Assembly (NCBI GenBank): GCA_964423875.1
Contig: CAYRGS010000002.1
Location: 14,062-78,061, forward strand
Source of the DNA: an uncultured bacterium
GTDB taxonomy: Bacteria; UBA8248; JACPRG01; G963555815
Direction of reading: 5' to 3'
DNA length: 64,000 nt
Shown one piece after another: positions 18,406 to 27,914 of the stretch. Numbering within the stretch: the first letter of the stretch is position 1; each line of letters begins with the position of its first letter. The translations under genes and the position numbers were made by a program. The notes below the pieces were generated by a model, which was not told the origin of the DNA, did no database searches, and saw only the letters and a list, made by a program, of their open reading frames with translations.

Positions 18406-19695
18406 TCAGAGGTGAAGGACAGGAGTAAGCAATTCGCTCAAATCCTCCTCGGCGACGAACGCGGCGGTCAGCTCCTCTTCGCGGAACACCTGCTTCGCCA
18501 CCCGGCGGACGTCCTCCCGGGTCACCTGCTCCAAGGCCTCCAATTCCTCCCGGAGCGTCCGGACCTCCCCGTCCAGCAGGAGACTCTCGCCGTTTCGCTC
18601 GGCGAAGTCGTCGGATTCTTCCCGTACGAGCAGAAGACCCCGCAGGTGATTCCCGGCGGCCTCGAGCTCCTCATCGTCCACCAGGTCTTCCCGCATCCGG
18701 GTGGCCTCCGCCAGAATGACGCGCGTCGCCTCGAGGGCCTTGTCCAGCGCGACGCCGGCCTTCAGCTCCAGATAGCCTGTATCCGTGAAACGGTGCGCCC
18801 GCGAGTGCACGCTGTACGCCAACCCGCGCTTCTCGCGCACCTCGTCGAACAGCCGGCTAGACATCTTCCCGCCTAGGATGTCGTTGAGCAGACGGAGCGC
18901 CGGGAGATCGGGATCCTGCCGCCCCGGAGCCCGAAACCCGATGGCTAGGTTAACCTGGTCGGTCTGCCGGACGACGCCGCAGATTCGCCGAGCGCTCTTT
19001 TCCGGCAGGTCCGGCCGGCCGGCCGTGGCATCCGCCGCCGGTCGCGAACCGAAAAACTTCTCGGCCAGGTCCTTCATCGTCCGATGATCCAGACGGCCCG
19101 CGGCGGAGATGACCGTATTCGCGGGCCGGTACCAATCGGCCATGAGCGCCCGCATATGTTCGGTCCGAATACCGTCAATGGTCTCCCGGTTTCCGATGAC
19201 GCCGACCTGGAGATTGAACATGGTGGTCTCCAACCGGTCACTCACGACATACCTCGGCATGTCCTCATACATCTTGAGCTCTTCCTGAATGACTTGGCGC
19301 TCCTTTTCCCACTCCGTCGGGTCGATCAGGCTGTTACCGAGGGCATCAGCGTAGACCGGCAGAACCTTCTCCAAGACCTCCGCCGGTGCGACAAAGAAAT
19401 AGCACGTCCGCTCGGGTCCGGTGTTGGCGTTGATCGTCGCCCCCACGCCTTCCATTTCCTGGGCGATCTGGAGATAGGTGCGCGTCGGCGTGCCCTTGAA
19501 CATCATGTGCTCGAGGGCGTGCGAAACCCCGACGACCTCATCGGCTTCGTGCCGGCCGCCGCACCCGAAATAGACGTGGAACGCCACGGCTTCGGTGTTC
19601 GAGCGTTCCTGCGTGACGATGCGGATTTCGTTGCTGAGTGTGTCTGTTTGAAGGTCCATTTGGGTGTCGCTCATTCCGTTCGGGTCCCGGCGCAC
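18406..19695 (-). CDS. M16-family zinc metallopeptidase (pitrilysin/insulinase-like)
   Basis: Inverted zinc motif HxxEH in VSHALEHMMFKGT. The length and two-domain layout are typical of the family. Confidence 0.85.
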   Translation of the reverse strand: MRRDPNGMSDTQMDLQTDTLSNEIRIVTQERSNTEAVAFHVYFGCGGRHEADEVVGVSHALEHMMFKGTPTRTYLQIAQEMEGVGATINANTGPERTCYFFVAPAEVLEKVLPVYADALGNSLIDPTEWEKERQVIQEELKMYEDMPRYVVSDRLETTMFNLQVGVIGNRETIDGIRTEHMRALMADWYRPANTVISAAGRLDHRTMKDLAEKFFGSRPAADATAGRPDLPEKSARRICGVVRQTDQVNLAIGFRAPGRQDPDLPALRLLNDILGGKMSSRLFDEVREKRGLAYSVHSRAHRFTDTGYLELKAGVALDKALEATRVILAEATRMREDLVDDEELEAAGNHLRGLLLVREESDDFAERNGESLLLDGEVRTLREELEALEQVTREDVRRVAKQVFREEELTAAFVAEEDLSELLTPVLHL

Positions 19696-20035
19696 AGCCG
19701 CTGAGAAATCCTCCGAGACGGCTCCTCCGCCCGACGGCGCATTATAGGCAACCGGCGAATTCCAAACAACTGGCGGTCCGCGGCTCCGGGATATTCATTG
19801 ACTTGTATCTGGCAATCTTCTACGTTGATACGTGGTTTTTTCCCCGGGACGCAGCAGCGGAGGGAAGAGAGGCCCTGAAGGCGATCGGGGCGCGAAAGCG
19901 GGCGGAGGAAGCAAGCCGTTACAGGCAAAAGTCAGACCCCTCGGGAATGCAGAAACGATCGGGACCCGTCACCTTGGGGATGACACAAATTCGGCGTCGA
20001 AACGGCTCACCCGTGGGAGGAGGAAACAAAGAACG

Positions 20036-20335
20036 ATGATTACGGTTGGCCTTTATTACGACGTAAAGCCCGGCAAAGAGGCGATCTTCGAAGAGAAATT
20101 CGAAGAAGTGCTGGGAGTGCTTGGGGCTCAATCGGGCCACAAAGTCAGTTACCTCTACCATCAGGTCAGGCGCCCCAATTCTTACGCCATTCTCTCCGAG
20201 TGGGAAAACCGGGAGGATTTCGTAGGCTTCATCAAGAGCGACCTGTTCAAACAAGTTACCGATTGGGGGCTTGATGAGGTTTTGGAAAATCGTCCGACCC
20301 ACAAAGTGTACGGCCACGAGGGCGACATGAAGTGA
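20036..20335 (+). CDS. Antibiotic-biosynthesis-monooxygenase (ABM) domain protein
   Basis: 99-aa product MITVGLYYDVKPGKEAIFEEKFEEV..SYAILSEWENREDFVGFIKSDLF. The ATG at 20036 is preceded by GGAGGAGG. Confidence 0.7.
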   Translation: MITVGLYYDVKPGKEAIFEEKFEEVLGVLGAQSGHKVSYLYHQVRRPNSYAILSEWENREDFVGFIKSDLFKQVTDWGLDEVLENRPTHKVYGHEGDMK

Positions 20336-20734
20336 ATTCGGCGAAGACCGAGGTCGGTGCCTCGAAGTTGAGAAGCTTTGAATGTCATCCCCGTGCCGGA
20401 AGGTTTCCCCCGAGTCTGGAAAGGGTTGTCCCATGGGCGTCTTCGCCCGCTGCCCCCTGCCCTTGGGCGCGGGAAAACTCAGGTTCACCACCTTGGTGAG
20501 CCGTTTTCCGGGTTTCTCCGCGTGAAAATCGTCCCGCCCAAGTCGCACATGACTCCGTGAACGAGTAAAAGGCTTTTCAGCTACACGGCAAACCGGTAGA
20601 ATCACGGCATCCGGAAGACAACGCCGCCTCTCGTGCTTGAGCGCCCGCGGCCGGGAGCGCGTTTAGGCGTCATGCGAAAGTCGAGTGGACGGAGCCCTTT
20701 TACTTTTAGTCAACCTGAAACCAAAGGAGTTCAC

Positions 20735-21533
20735 CATGGATCTCGGGCTTCAAGGAAAGGTCGCCATCATAAACGGTGGCAGCAAGGGCATCGGGAAAAG
20801 CTCGGCTGTGTTTCTGGCGGAGGAGGGCGCTGAAGTCGGTATCTGCGCCCGCAACCAAGAGGGCATGGATGCAGCCGCAAAAGAGGTTCGTGACAAGACC
20901 GGAAAGGAGATCTTCACCATTCCGGCCGACACCACCAAGGAGACTGATGCACAAAACTTTGCCCAGAAGTGCATTGAGCACTTCGGACACGTGGATATTC
21001 TGATCAATTGTGCGGGTGGCTCACCTGGCGGAACGATCGATCAGATCACCGAGGCCGACTGGATGTCAAGCCTCAATCTAAAGTTCATGGGCTACGTGCG
21101 CTGTACGACAGCGATTGTCTCCCATATGCGAGAGCGCAAGTACGGGCGAATCGTCAACGTCATCGGCAACGACGGCATAAAACCAATTCACTTTGAGCTC
21201 ACACCCGGAGCGGCCAACGCGGCCGGAATCAACTTCACGCTAGCGATGTCTGAGTCTCTGGCATTGGACAACGTCCTCATTAATGCCGTGAATCCTGGCC
21301 CAGTGGATACTGACCGTTGGTGGGGTCTAGTGGATACCATTGCCAAAGGGAGAGGCTGCACACGGGAGGAGGCGTCACAACTCGCTCTTAGGAGCCTTCC
21401 GCTGGGCCGTTATTGCACGGCCGACGAGGTAGCCAGTATCGTTGTATTTCTTGCTTCGGAGCGAGCCAGCTACATCACTGGGGCCTCTATCTCAGTCGAC
21501 GGTGCCCAACGAAAGGCCTTGATGGACATCTAG
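20735..21533 (+). CDS. SDR-family oxidoreductase
   Basis: MDLGLQGKVAIINGGSKGIGK and NCAG, with Rossmann-fold length. The start is taken at the ATG at 20735 after AAAGGAG. Confidence 0.85.
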
Positions 21534-21632
21534 CCTGCGTGCGATCATTGGGATCACTGCGGAGAATCGTTGTCTATAAAGCCGGATGCGGGCCTCAAAT
21601 CGTCCCCATCCCAATGCGAAAGGGAGAAAACG

Positions 21633-22628
21633 GTGTCTAACGTTCAACTTGGCTTTGCGTGCGCCGATTACGACCGGACCCGATACATCGAGGACGGAAC
21701 CGTCAAGCCCACCGGGATCGACCTCAACTACATCCGCTTACCGGTTGAAGATATTTTCTGGCGCCAGAGCAAGTTCCAGGAATTCGACGTGTCGGAGATG
21801 AGCTTCTCCGCCTACCTAATCTTTCGTTCCCGGCCCAACCCGCCGTTCAAGGCCATCCCGATCTTTCCCTCCAAGTTCTTTCGGCACTCATGCGTCTTCA
21901 TCAACAAAAACGCCGGTATCGAGAAACCCGAGGACTTGGCCGGGCGGCGCATCGGTGTGCCCGAATACGCGATGACAGCCATCGTCTGGCTCCGGGGGAC
22001 CTTCCACAACGAGTACGGTGTGGATCAGACTGGCGTCACCTGGGTGACGGGGGGCCTGGAGGAATGGGGCCGGAAGGAGCGCGTCGACCTGAACCTTCCC
22101 GACTCCATCACCGTCGAGAGCGCACCAGCGCCCAAAACCCTCAACGAAATGCTGGACACGGGCGAGATCGACGCGCTGTTCACCGCGCGGGCACCCTCCT
22201 CATTCAACCGTCCCGGGTCCAACATTATCCGCCTCTTCCCCAATTTTAAAGAAGTCGAAATAGACTACTACAAACGGACCGGAATCTACCCCATTATGCA
22301 CCTCGTGGTCATCAAGGAGTCCATCCTCGCAGAGCATCCCTGGGTCGCCCAGAACCTCTATGAAGCCCTGTGCGAGTCCAAGGACGTTGCCATCAAGACC
22401 TTAGAAGAGACCGGAGCGTTGGCGGCTACCCTGCCCTGGCTCATCGACGAGATCGAAGTCAGCAAGCAGGTGCTCGGCGAAGACTATTGGTCCTACGGTG
22501 TCGAAGCCAACCGGACAACCATCGAAGCCCTGACGCAGTACTCTTTCGAACAGGGGTTATCTGAGCGGAAGCTTTCGGTCGAGGAGCTGTTCGTGGAAGC
22601 GACACTGGAGGATGTGGTACATCTCTGA
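21633..22628 (+). CDS. 4,5-dihydroxyphthalate decarboxylase-like protein (PhtD / NMT1-type periplasmic-binding fold)
   Basis: LGFACADYDRTRYIEDGTVKPTGIDLNYIRLPVEDIFWRQSKFQEFDVSEMSFSAYL..FKAIPIFPSKFFRHSCVFIN..RRIGVPEYAMTAIVWLRG matches this family as I remember it. A GTG start at 21633 follows AGGGAGA. Confidence 0.7.
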   Translation: MSNVQLGFACADYDRTRYIEDGTVKPTGIDLNYIRLPVEDIFWRQSKFQEFDVSEMSFSAYLIFRSRPNPPFKAIPIFPSKFFRHSCVFINKNAGIEKPEDLAGRRIGVPEYAMTAIVWLRGTFHNEYGVDQTGVTWVTGGLEEWGRKERVDLNLPDSITVESAPAPKTLNEMLDTGEIDALFTARAPSSFNRPGSNIIRLFPNFKEVEIDYYKRTGIYPIMHLVVIKESILAEHPWVAQNLYEALCESKDVAIKTLEETGALAATLPWLIDEIEVSKQVLGEDYWSYGVEANRTTIEALTQYSFEQGLSERKLSVEELFVEATLEDVVHL

Positions 22629-22781
22629 GCAGAAGAACTCAGCGAACAGGAAGCGGACACGGTAGCGCGGATGCTTCAGTCCTGGCAAGAGATTACAGAT
22701 CACGAACCAGCGGCGGCTTTAGCTTTCACGCTACACACCTGATCTATTAAACATTATGACGCAATGGTTTCGAATTGGCGA

Positions 22782-23479
22782 ATGACCATATCTGAAAATA
22801 AAGTTCTGGTAGAAGCACTCGAATCCTTGGTCGAACGCAACTTGTTCTATCCATCATCGGGGGGTGATCTGCCCACTCCTTAAGGACGTTTTCACAGTGG
22901 ATCGACGACTTTTGGTTTGTTGATCCCACCTATCCTATCCGCGCCCGTAACTCCGTACCCGCAAAAACGCGTCCGGTTTTCAACTGCAAATCCGGACCCC
23001 CATCGGGTGTTTTTCCCTCTCGCCTCGATGGAAAGAACGTCACCACAAAGTCGGTGGCGAAATTCCTCTACCATGGGGGCTACAACCTCCTGGAACACGA
23101 GACTGAGTACATATGTGGACTGCCTCTCCCCAGGGCGGTGACTCGGAAACTTTATAATAGGGGGCACGGCCCCTTTATAAAGGAAGCAAAGTTTGAGATT
23201 TGCGTTTGCCATGAGACATACGAAAATGCGGACATGATCAGGAACATTCGAATTCATCGATGCCGTGGCCTAGGCGACGAGACCTTCCTGTATTTTTTCA
23301 AGAACAAGGGACGCCCGCTGTCCATTTTCTACTACCGAGGAGACAGCCATGGAGAAGGCGGAAGCGATTTCTATTGGCTTAACGGCTCAAAACTAAAGAC
23401 TGTACTCGAAGTATTGGAAAACGGAGGTTTGATAATTACGGACGGTTCCAACTGCGATGATTCGGGACAAAACAACTAG
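22782..23479 (+). pseudogene. Hypothetical gene in a low-GC islet, split by one frame change
   Basis: Frame 0 reads MTISENKVLVEALESLVERNLFYPSSGGDLPTP and stops at 22881-22883. A second frame is open from 22868 (SAHSLRTFSQWIDDFWFVDPTYP..) and continues into the listed ORF 23054..23479. A single-nt indel in 22868-22880 would join the two frames. Confidence 0.4.
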
Positions 23480-23685
23480 ACCCTTCTGGGCGAAGCTTTA
23501 CCTCCCCCGAGGAATTCAACGACAAGACCGATGGCAATCGCATGCGTCCAGTGGCAGAGCCTTTTGTGTTCTCCGATAGAAAGTTTATCTGCATCGGGAA
23601 AGTTTGTAATATGTGGATATGGCAAGTTACGAAAGTCTAAATGTACAACTTGGGTTGGCCACGGGTGTCATGGATCATCTAGACA

Positions 23686-24498
23686 TCAGGTGACGGGCGG
23701 GCGGTTGAGTGTTTCGTAGATTTCTACCCGCCGATCCCGGAAAATGTTGTTGAACTTGTTGAAGTCCTTGTCTCTGGATAGCTCGGGTTGAATCTCTACG
23801 ACCTGCCCTTCAGGATCTTTGTCCCCCGCTCGAACCAGGAGCCTGCCCCGGGGATCGACGACCTGGCTGCCGCCCGTGTAGGTCAGCGTCTCGCCGGGTT
23901 TGCGCTCATCCCGACCCGTCCGGTTGCACGTCACGGCAAAGACGCGGTTTTCGAGGCAGCGGAGCAGCATTGCCTGGTGACACAGCGTGAAGATCAGGTT
24001 GGATGGATGGCAGAGGATGTCGGCGCCTTGCAGAGCCAGCATCCGGGCAGTCTCGGGAAAGATCCAATCGAAGCAGATCATCAGGCCGAGCCGGACGCCG
24101 CCTACATCGAAGACCGGGGGCGGCTCCTTCCCCGGCTGAAACCAGCGCTTCTCTTCGTAGAACAGGTGAAGTTTTCTGTACCGCCCGACGCAACCCTCCG
24201 GTCCGACAAGGACGCAGGCGTTGTAGATCTCCCCGCCGTCGCGCTCGGCCAGCCCGGCTGCGATGTACATCCCGTGCTCACCCGCCAAGTCCATCAGGGC
24301 CGTGCACGTCTCTCCGCCGGGGATTGGCTCGGCCAGATCCCGGGCCTCGTCCTCCGACACGAATTGATAGCCTGTGTTGAAGAGCTCTGGAAGGACGATC
24401 AGGTCCGCTTCCAAACCGGACAGGGCCCCTCTCACATGGGCCACATTGCCCGCCGCGTCACCGAAGGCTGGTGCGAATTGATAGAAGCCAACGCGCAT
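23686..24498 (-). CDS. Carbon-nitrogen hydrolase (nitrilase-superfamily amidase)
   Basis: The Glu-Lys-Cys triad contexts are present: LIVLPELFNTGY, RYRKLHLF and LGLMICFDWIFPE. Confidence 0.85.
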   Translation of the reverse strand: MRVGFYQFAPAFGDAAGNVAHVRGALSGLEADLIVLPELFNTGYQFVSEDEARDLAEPIPGGETCTALMDLAGEHGMYIAAGLAERDGGEIYNACVLVGPEGCVGRYRKLHLFYEEKRWFQPGKEPPPVFDVGGVRLGLMICFDWIFPETARMLALQGADILCHPSNLIFTLCHQAMLLRCLENRVFAVTCNRTGRDERKPGETLTYTGGSQVVDPRGRLLVRAGDKDPEGQVVEIQPELSRDKDFNKFNNIFRDRRVEIYETLNRPPVT

Positions 24499-24515
24499 AA
24501 CTCACACCCCGCCGC

Positions 24516-24983
24516 CTATTTGTCTTTGAAGGTGAACAGGTTGTCTTTGAGGTAACCGGCCGCCTCATAGAGGTCCAGCATAGGGGGCGTCCCGGTTCCC
24601 ATGGTGACTAGGTCTTCGGTGTTCTCGGCCGGATTGGCGAAGCCGTGCTTGACCCCGGCCGGGGCAAAGACCAGGTCGCCCTCCGTTACCTCGTGCCATC
24701 GGTCGTGTAGAAACACCCTGCCCTTTCCCCGGAAGATGAGGATCACGTCTTCGGCGACGGCATGGATGTGGGGTTCGAAGGCTTGGCCGGGCTTGAGCCG
24801 CGCCGAATGGGTGCTGAGCATCCGCGCCCCCATTCCGGGCCACACCAGGAGCCGCAGCGTGCCGTTGGGAAGCTCGTGGGACGCTTGGCTGTCGTTGATG
24901 TTGAAGACTCCGCCCTCGCGTTGAACCTCTTCGATGGTCTTGTCTTCGCCGCGCTTTGAAGCGCCATTTCCCGAAGGAGTCAT
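24516..24983 (-). CDS. Cupin-domain protein
   Basis: Cupin motif 1 is GQAFEPHIHAVAEDVILIFRGKG. Motif 2 is GDLVFAPAGVKHGFAN. Confidence 0.7.
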   Translation of the reverse strand: MTPSGNGASKRGEDKTIEEVQREGGVFNINDSQASHELPNGTLRLLVWPGMGARMLSTHSARLKPGQAFEPHIHAVAEDVILIFRGKGRVFLHDRWHEVTEGDLVFAPAGVKHGFANPAENTEDLVTMGTGTPPMLDLYEAAGYLKDNLFTFKDK

Positions 24984-25173
24984 TCACCACCTCCTGTGAG
25001 TTTTGTTCGCGTGTTGATTTCCGCTCAGCGTTAACGCCTTTTGCAGGGATCTCTTGACGTGTCGGGCGGAAGCACGAATCGCTTGTCCCTCAGCCTCCGC
25101 TGGCCTTTGGTTTGTTTTGAAGAAGGGTGAAAACCTCCGCGCCGCACGAAACGCATCAACTATGACCGCGCGC

Positions 25174-27489
25174 CTAAATCTCTTTTCCTTCCGCTTTCAT
25201 CCTTTGAATCTCGGCATAGACCTTCTCCGCCGTCAACGGCAGGTCGTGGATGCGGACGCCGCATGCGTCATAGACGGCGTTGGCGATGGCCGCCGCGGTG
25301 GGCGCGAGACCGGGCTCGCCGAGTCCCTTGGCGCCGTAGGGGCCCTCATCATGGGGCACCTCGACGACCAGGGAGTCGTAGGGCGGGCAATCCAGGGCGG
25401 TGGGGATCTTGTAATCGCCCAGGGTGGGGTTGATGCACTCGCCGCCGTCGTACTGAAGCTCTTCGGAAAGCGCGTACCCCAGGCCGGTCGCCAAGGCCCC
25501 TTCGATCTGGGCGATGCAGCTGATCGGGTTGATCGCCTTGCCCACGTCGTGCGCGCCCACGAGCTTGGTGACCACGACGTCACCGGTCTCGATGTCCACT
25601 TCCACATCGGCCGCCTGGGCCGCGTGCATCCAGAACGGCGTGGGTTTCGCCCCGTGGCCATTCTTGTCCAAAGGCGTCGTCTCGTTGTTGTGCGCCCCCA
25701 CCCCCATGATGGGGGTTCCCTTTCCGCCCTGCCGGTGGTTCCCCACGAGAACATCGGGGATCCCCATCCCCTTGTCGGGAGCGCTCTTGAAGCGGATCAT
25801 GCCATCGTGGACAAACAGGTCCTCCGGCCGGGCTTCCAACTGCTCGGCCGCACGTTCGAGAAGCTGCTCGCGCGCATCGATGGCGGCCTTCTTGATCGCG
25901 GGTCCCAGGATGAACGTTACACGGCTGGCCGCCGTGCCCCAATCGAAGGGGCCGATGTCGGTGTCCGCGCTCCCCATGACCACCGCTTCCGGCTTGACCC
26001 CCAGCTCCTCGGCGACGATCTGGCCGAGCATGGTGTTCGAGCCTTGCCCGCAATCCACCGCGGAGGATTGAACGTTCACTGTTCCGTCCTCGTTGATTTT
26101 GAGGGTGGCCCCCGCCGAAAACGCGACCGTCGTCTTGTGCATGGCGGCGATACCCCGCCCCCGCCGGATCCTTCCGTCGCTTGAGCGCTTCCGGGGCCAA
26201 TCGATGGATTTGCGGGCCGCTTCCAGACATTCCCCGACGGCGACGCTGTAAAGCTTTTGTCCCGTCCAGGTGACGTCCCCGTCGACGAACGCGTTCTTCA
26301 GCCGGAATTCGTAGGGGTCCATCCCGACCTGCTCGGCCAGCTCCTCCATGTGGACCTCGTGGGCCCAGCACACCTGAGGAATCCCGAAACCCCGGAAGGC
26401 CCCGCTCACGGTTTTGTTGGTGTACACGCAGAGGGCGTCGACCCAGACGTTGGGGACCCGGTAAGGTCCGGGCGAGCTGTAGCCCGCGTTCTTGGTGACC
26501 ATGACCCCCCGCTCGGAATACGCGCCCGTGTCGTAGAGCACCCGGATCTTTCGGGCCAACAGCGTTCCGTCCTTTTTGACGCCCGTCCGGATGGTGACCT
26601 TCGAGGGGTGGCGCAACGAGGTCCCCTGGAAAGACTCCTCCCGCGTGAACTGGACCTTGACCGGCACGCCGCCGGTCTTCATCGCCAGGGCCACGGTTTC
26701 CGGCTGCGCCTGAAAATGCTTTCCCCCGAATCCGCCGCCCACATACGTGGCCATCACCCGGACCTTGCTCATCGGCATTTCCAGACATTCAGAGAGCTTC
26801 AGCCGCGAAAGGTAGGTCGTCTGCGTGTCGGCCCAGAGGTTGAGCCTGCCGTCACGCGTGAATTGCGCAACGTGCGCGTTCGGCTCCAAGTAGACGTGGT
26901 GGACGGCGGGTGTGGTATAGGTCCCTTCATAGATGATGTCGCTTTTCGCAAAGCCCTCATCCACGTTTCCCGTCCGGATCTTGAAATGGTTCGCGATGTT
27001 GGTCCCCGCAATCGGGTAGAAGCCCGCCGTGACTTGATAGTCCCCCAGCTCCGGGTGGATCAGGAAGGCATCCTCCTTCAAGGATTCCTCCGAATCCAGC
27101 ACGGCGGGCAACGACTCATATTCGACGTGGATCAGATCCAGGGCTTCCAGCGCGGTGTCCAGGTCCACTGCCGCGACGCCGACCACCGGCTCGCCGACGT
27201 ACCGGACCCGATCCACCGCCATGAAGTTCTGATCGCGCAGGACGAGGCCGAAGCGCTTCGGGTAATCCCGGCCCGTCGTGACGGCCCGGACGCCTTTCAG
27301 TTTCTCGGCGCGTGCGGTGTCGATGTTCAGGATTTTCGCGTGGGGGTGCCGGCTCCGCAGATATTTTCCGATGAGCATCCCCGGCAGCGTGAAATCGGTG
27401 CCGTAGACTGCCTGGCCGGTCGATTTTAAATAGCCGTCCACATTGCCCTGATCCGTGCCAACGACTGTCAGATTTCCAAACTGGTCCAT
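25174..27489 (-). CDS. Xanthine-dehydrogenase-family molybdopterin-binding large subunit (aldehyde oxidase/CoxL-like)
   Basis: The product of about 770 aa starts at the internal MDQFGNLTVVGTDQGNVDGYLKSTGQAVYGTDF (ATG 27487-27489 after GGAG). It has typical a/b-hammerhead and MoCo-binding blocks (GGGFGGK, GFGIPQ, GEPGLAPTAAAIANAV). Confidence 0.85.
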   Translation of the reverse strand: MDQFGNLTVVGTDQGNVDGYLKSTGQAVYGTDFTLPGMLIGKYLRSRHPHAKILNIDTARAEKLKGVRAVTTGRDYPKRFGLVLRDQNFMAVDRVRYVGEPVVGVAAVDLDTALEALDLIHVEYESLPAVLDSEESLKEDAFLIHPELGDYQVTAGFYPIAGTNIANHFKIRTGNVDEGFAKSDIIYEGTYTTPAVHHVYLEPNAHVAQFTRDGRLNLWADTQTTYLSRLKLSECLEMPMSKVRVMATYVGGGFGGKHFQAQPETVALAMKTGGVPVKVQFTREESFQGTSLRHPSKVTIRTGVKKDGTLLARKIRVLYDTGAYSERGVMVTKNAGYSSPGPYRVPNVWVDALCVYTNKTVSGAFRGFGIPQVCWAHEVHMEELAEQVGMDPYEFRLKNAFVDGDVTWTGQKLYSVAVGECLEAARKSIDWPRKRSSDGRIRRGRGIAAMHKTTVAFSAGATLKINEDGTVNVQSSAVDCGQGSNTMLGQIVAEELGVKPEAVVMGSADTDIGPFDWGTAASRVTFILGPAIKKAAIDAREQLLERAAEQLEARPEDLFVHDGMIRFKSAPDKGMGIPDVLVGNHRQGGKGTPIMGVGAHNNETTPLDKNGHGAKPTPFWMHAAQAADVEVDIETGDVVVTKLVGAHDVGKAINPISCIAQIEGALATGLGYALSEELQYDGGECINPTLGDYKIPTALDCPPYDSLVVEVPHDEGPYGAKGLGEPGLAPTAAAIANAVYDACGVRIHDLPLTAEKVYAEIQRMKAEGKEI

Positions 27490-27744
27490 CCAAGAGCTCC
27501 TCGTCCACTGAATATTCGATCCGGGTGCGCCGACGCGGCGCCTTCCGGGAAGTCGGCCATTCTCCGGGCGTCCCTTTTCGGTGAGCGACTCACGTTCGGA
27601 GAACGCGGAGGAATTCAGTATATCGTAAAACCGCAACCGAGGCTGAGGCATTCCCCATTTCGTCCGCGCGTGCAGACGAAGCCCCGAAGGATCGGTTGTG
27701 ACGCCGGCTCTGAGAACTGATTCTCTTCATCCGGACAGTCCGCT

Positions 27745-27801
27745 GTCATTGCGCAACGTCCCCCGATGAAACACTTCGGGGGCAGGCCACGCGGGAATGA
27801 C
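27745..27801. repeat. REP-like palindrome between the Rieske and Mo-hydroxylase genes
   Basis: gtcatt (27745-27750) pairs with aatgac (27796-27801). These arms enclose a 7-bp hairpin cccccga / tcggggg (27760-27766 / 27776-27782). The GTCATT..AATGAC theme also occurs at 7602-7649. Confidence 0.3.
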
Positions 27802-27914
27802 GGCTTGCGGGGGGAGACATTTGACGCGCGCCCGTTCTCACGAGCGTCGGCGCCGCACGGCCGCTGAAAACTGGGGATCAGTGGGGGCTGAGATCACGCT
27901 GCCGGGCCCGGGGA

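Noticed and set aside
19919-20605. 228-aa minus-strand ORF spanning the ABM gene and the following spacer.
   Set aside because: It is mostly antisense to the ABM-domain gene. It has no motifs and no plausible ribosome-binding site.
22859-22864. G6 run, considered as the site of the frame change in the islet ORF (slippage or phase variation).
   Set aside because: I tested it by hand. Adding a G gives tcg ggg ggg tga. Removing a G leads to a stop at about 22918-22920. The frame switch must therefore lie in 22868-22880, outside the run.
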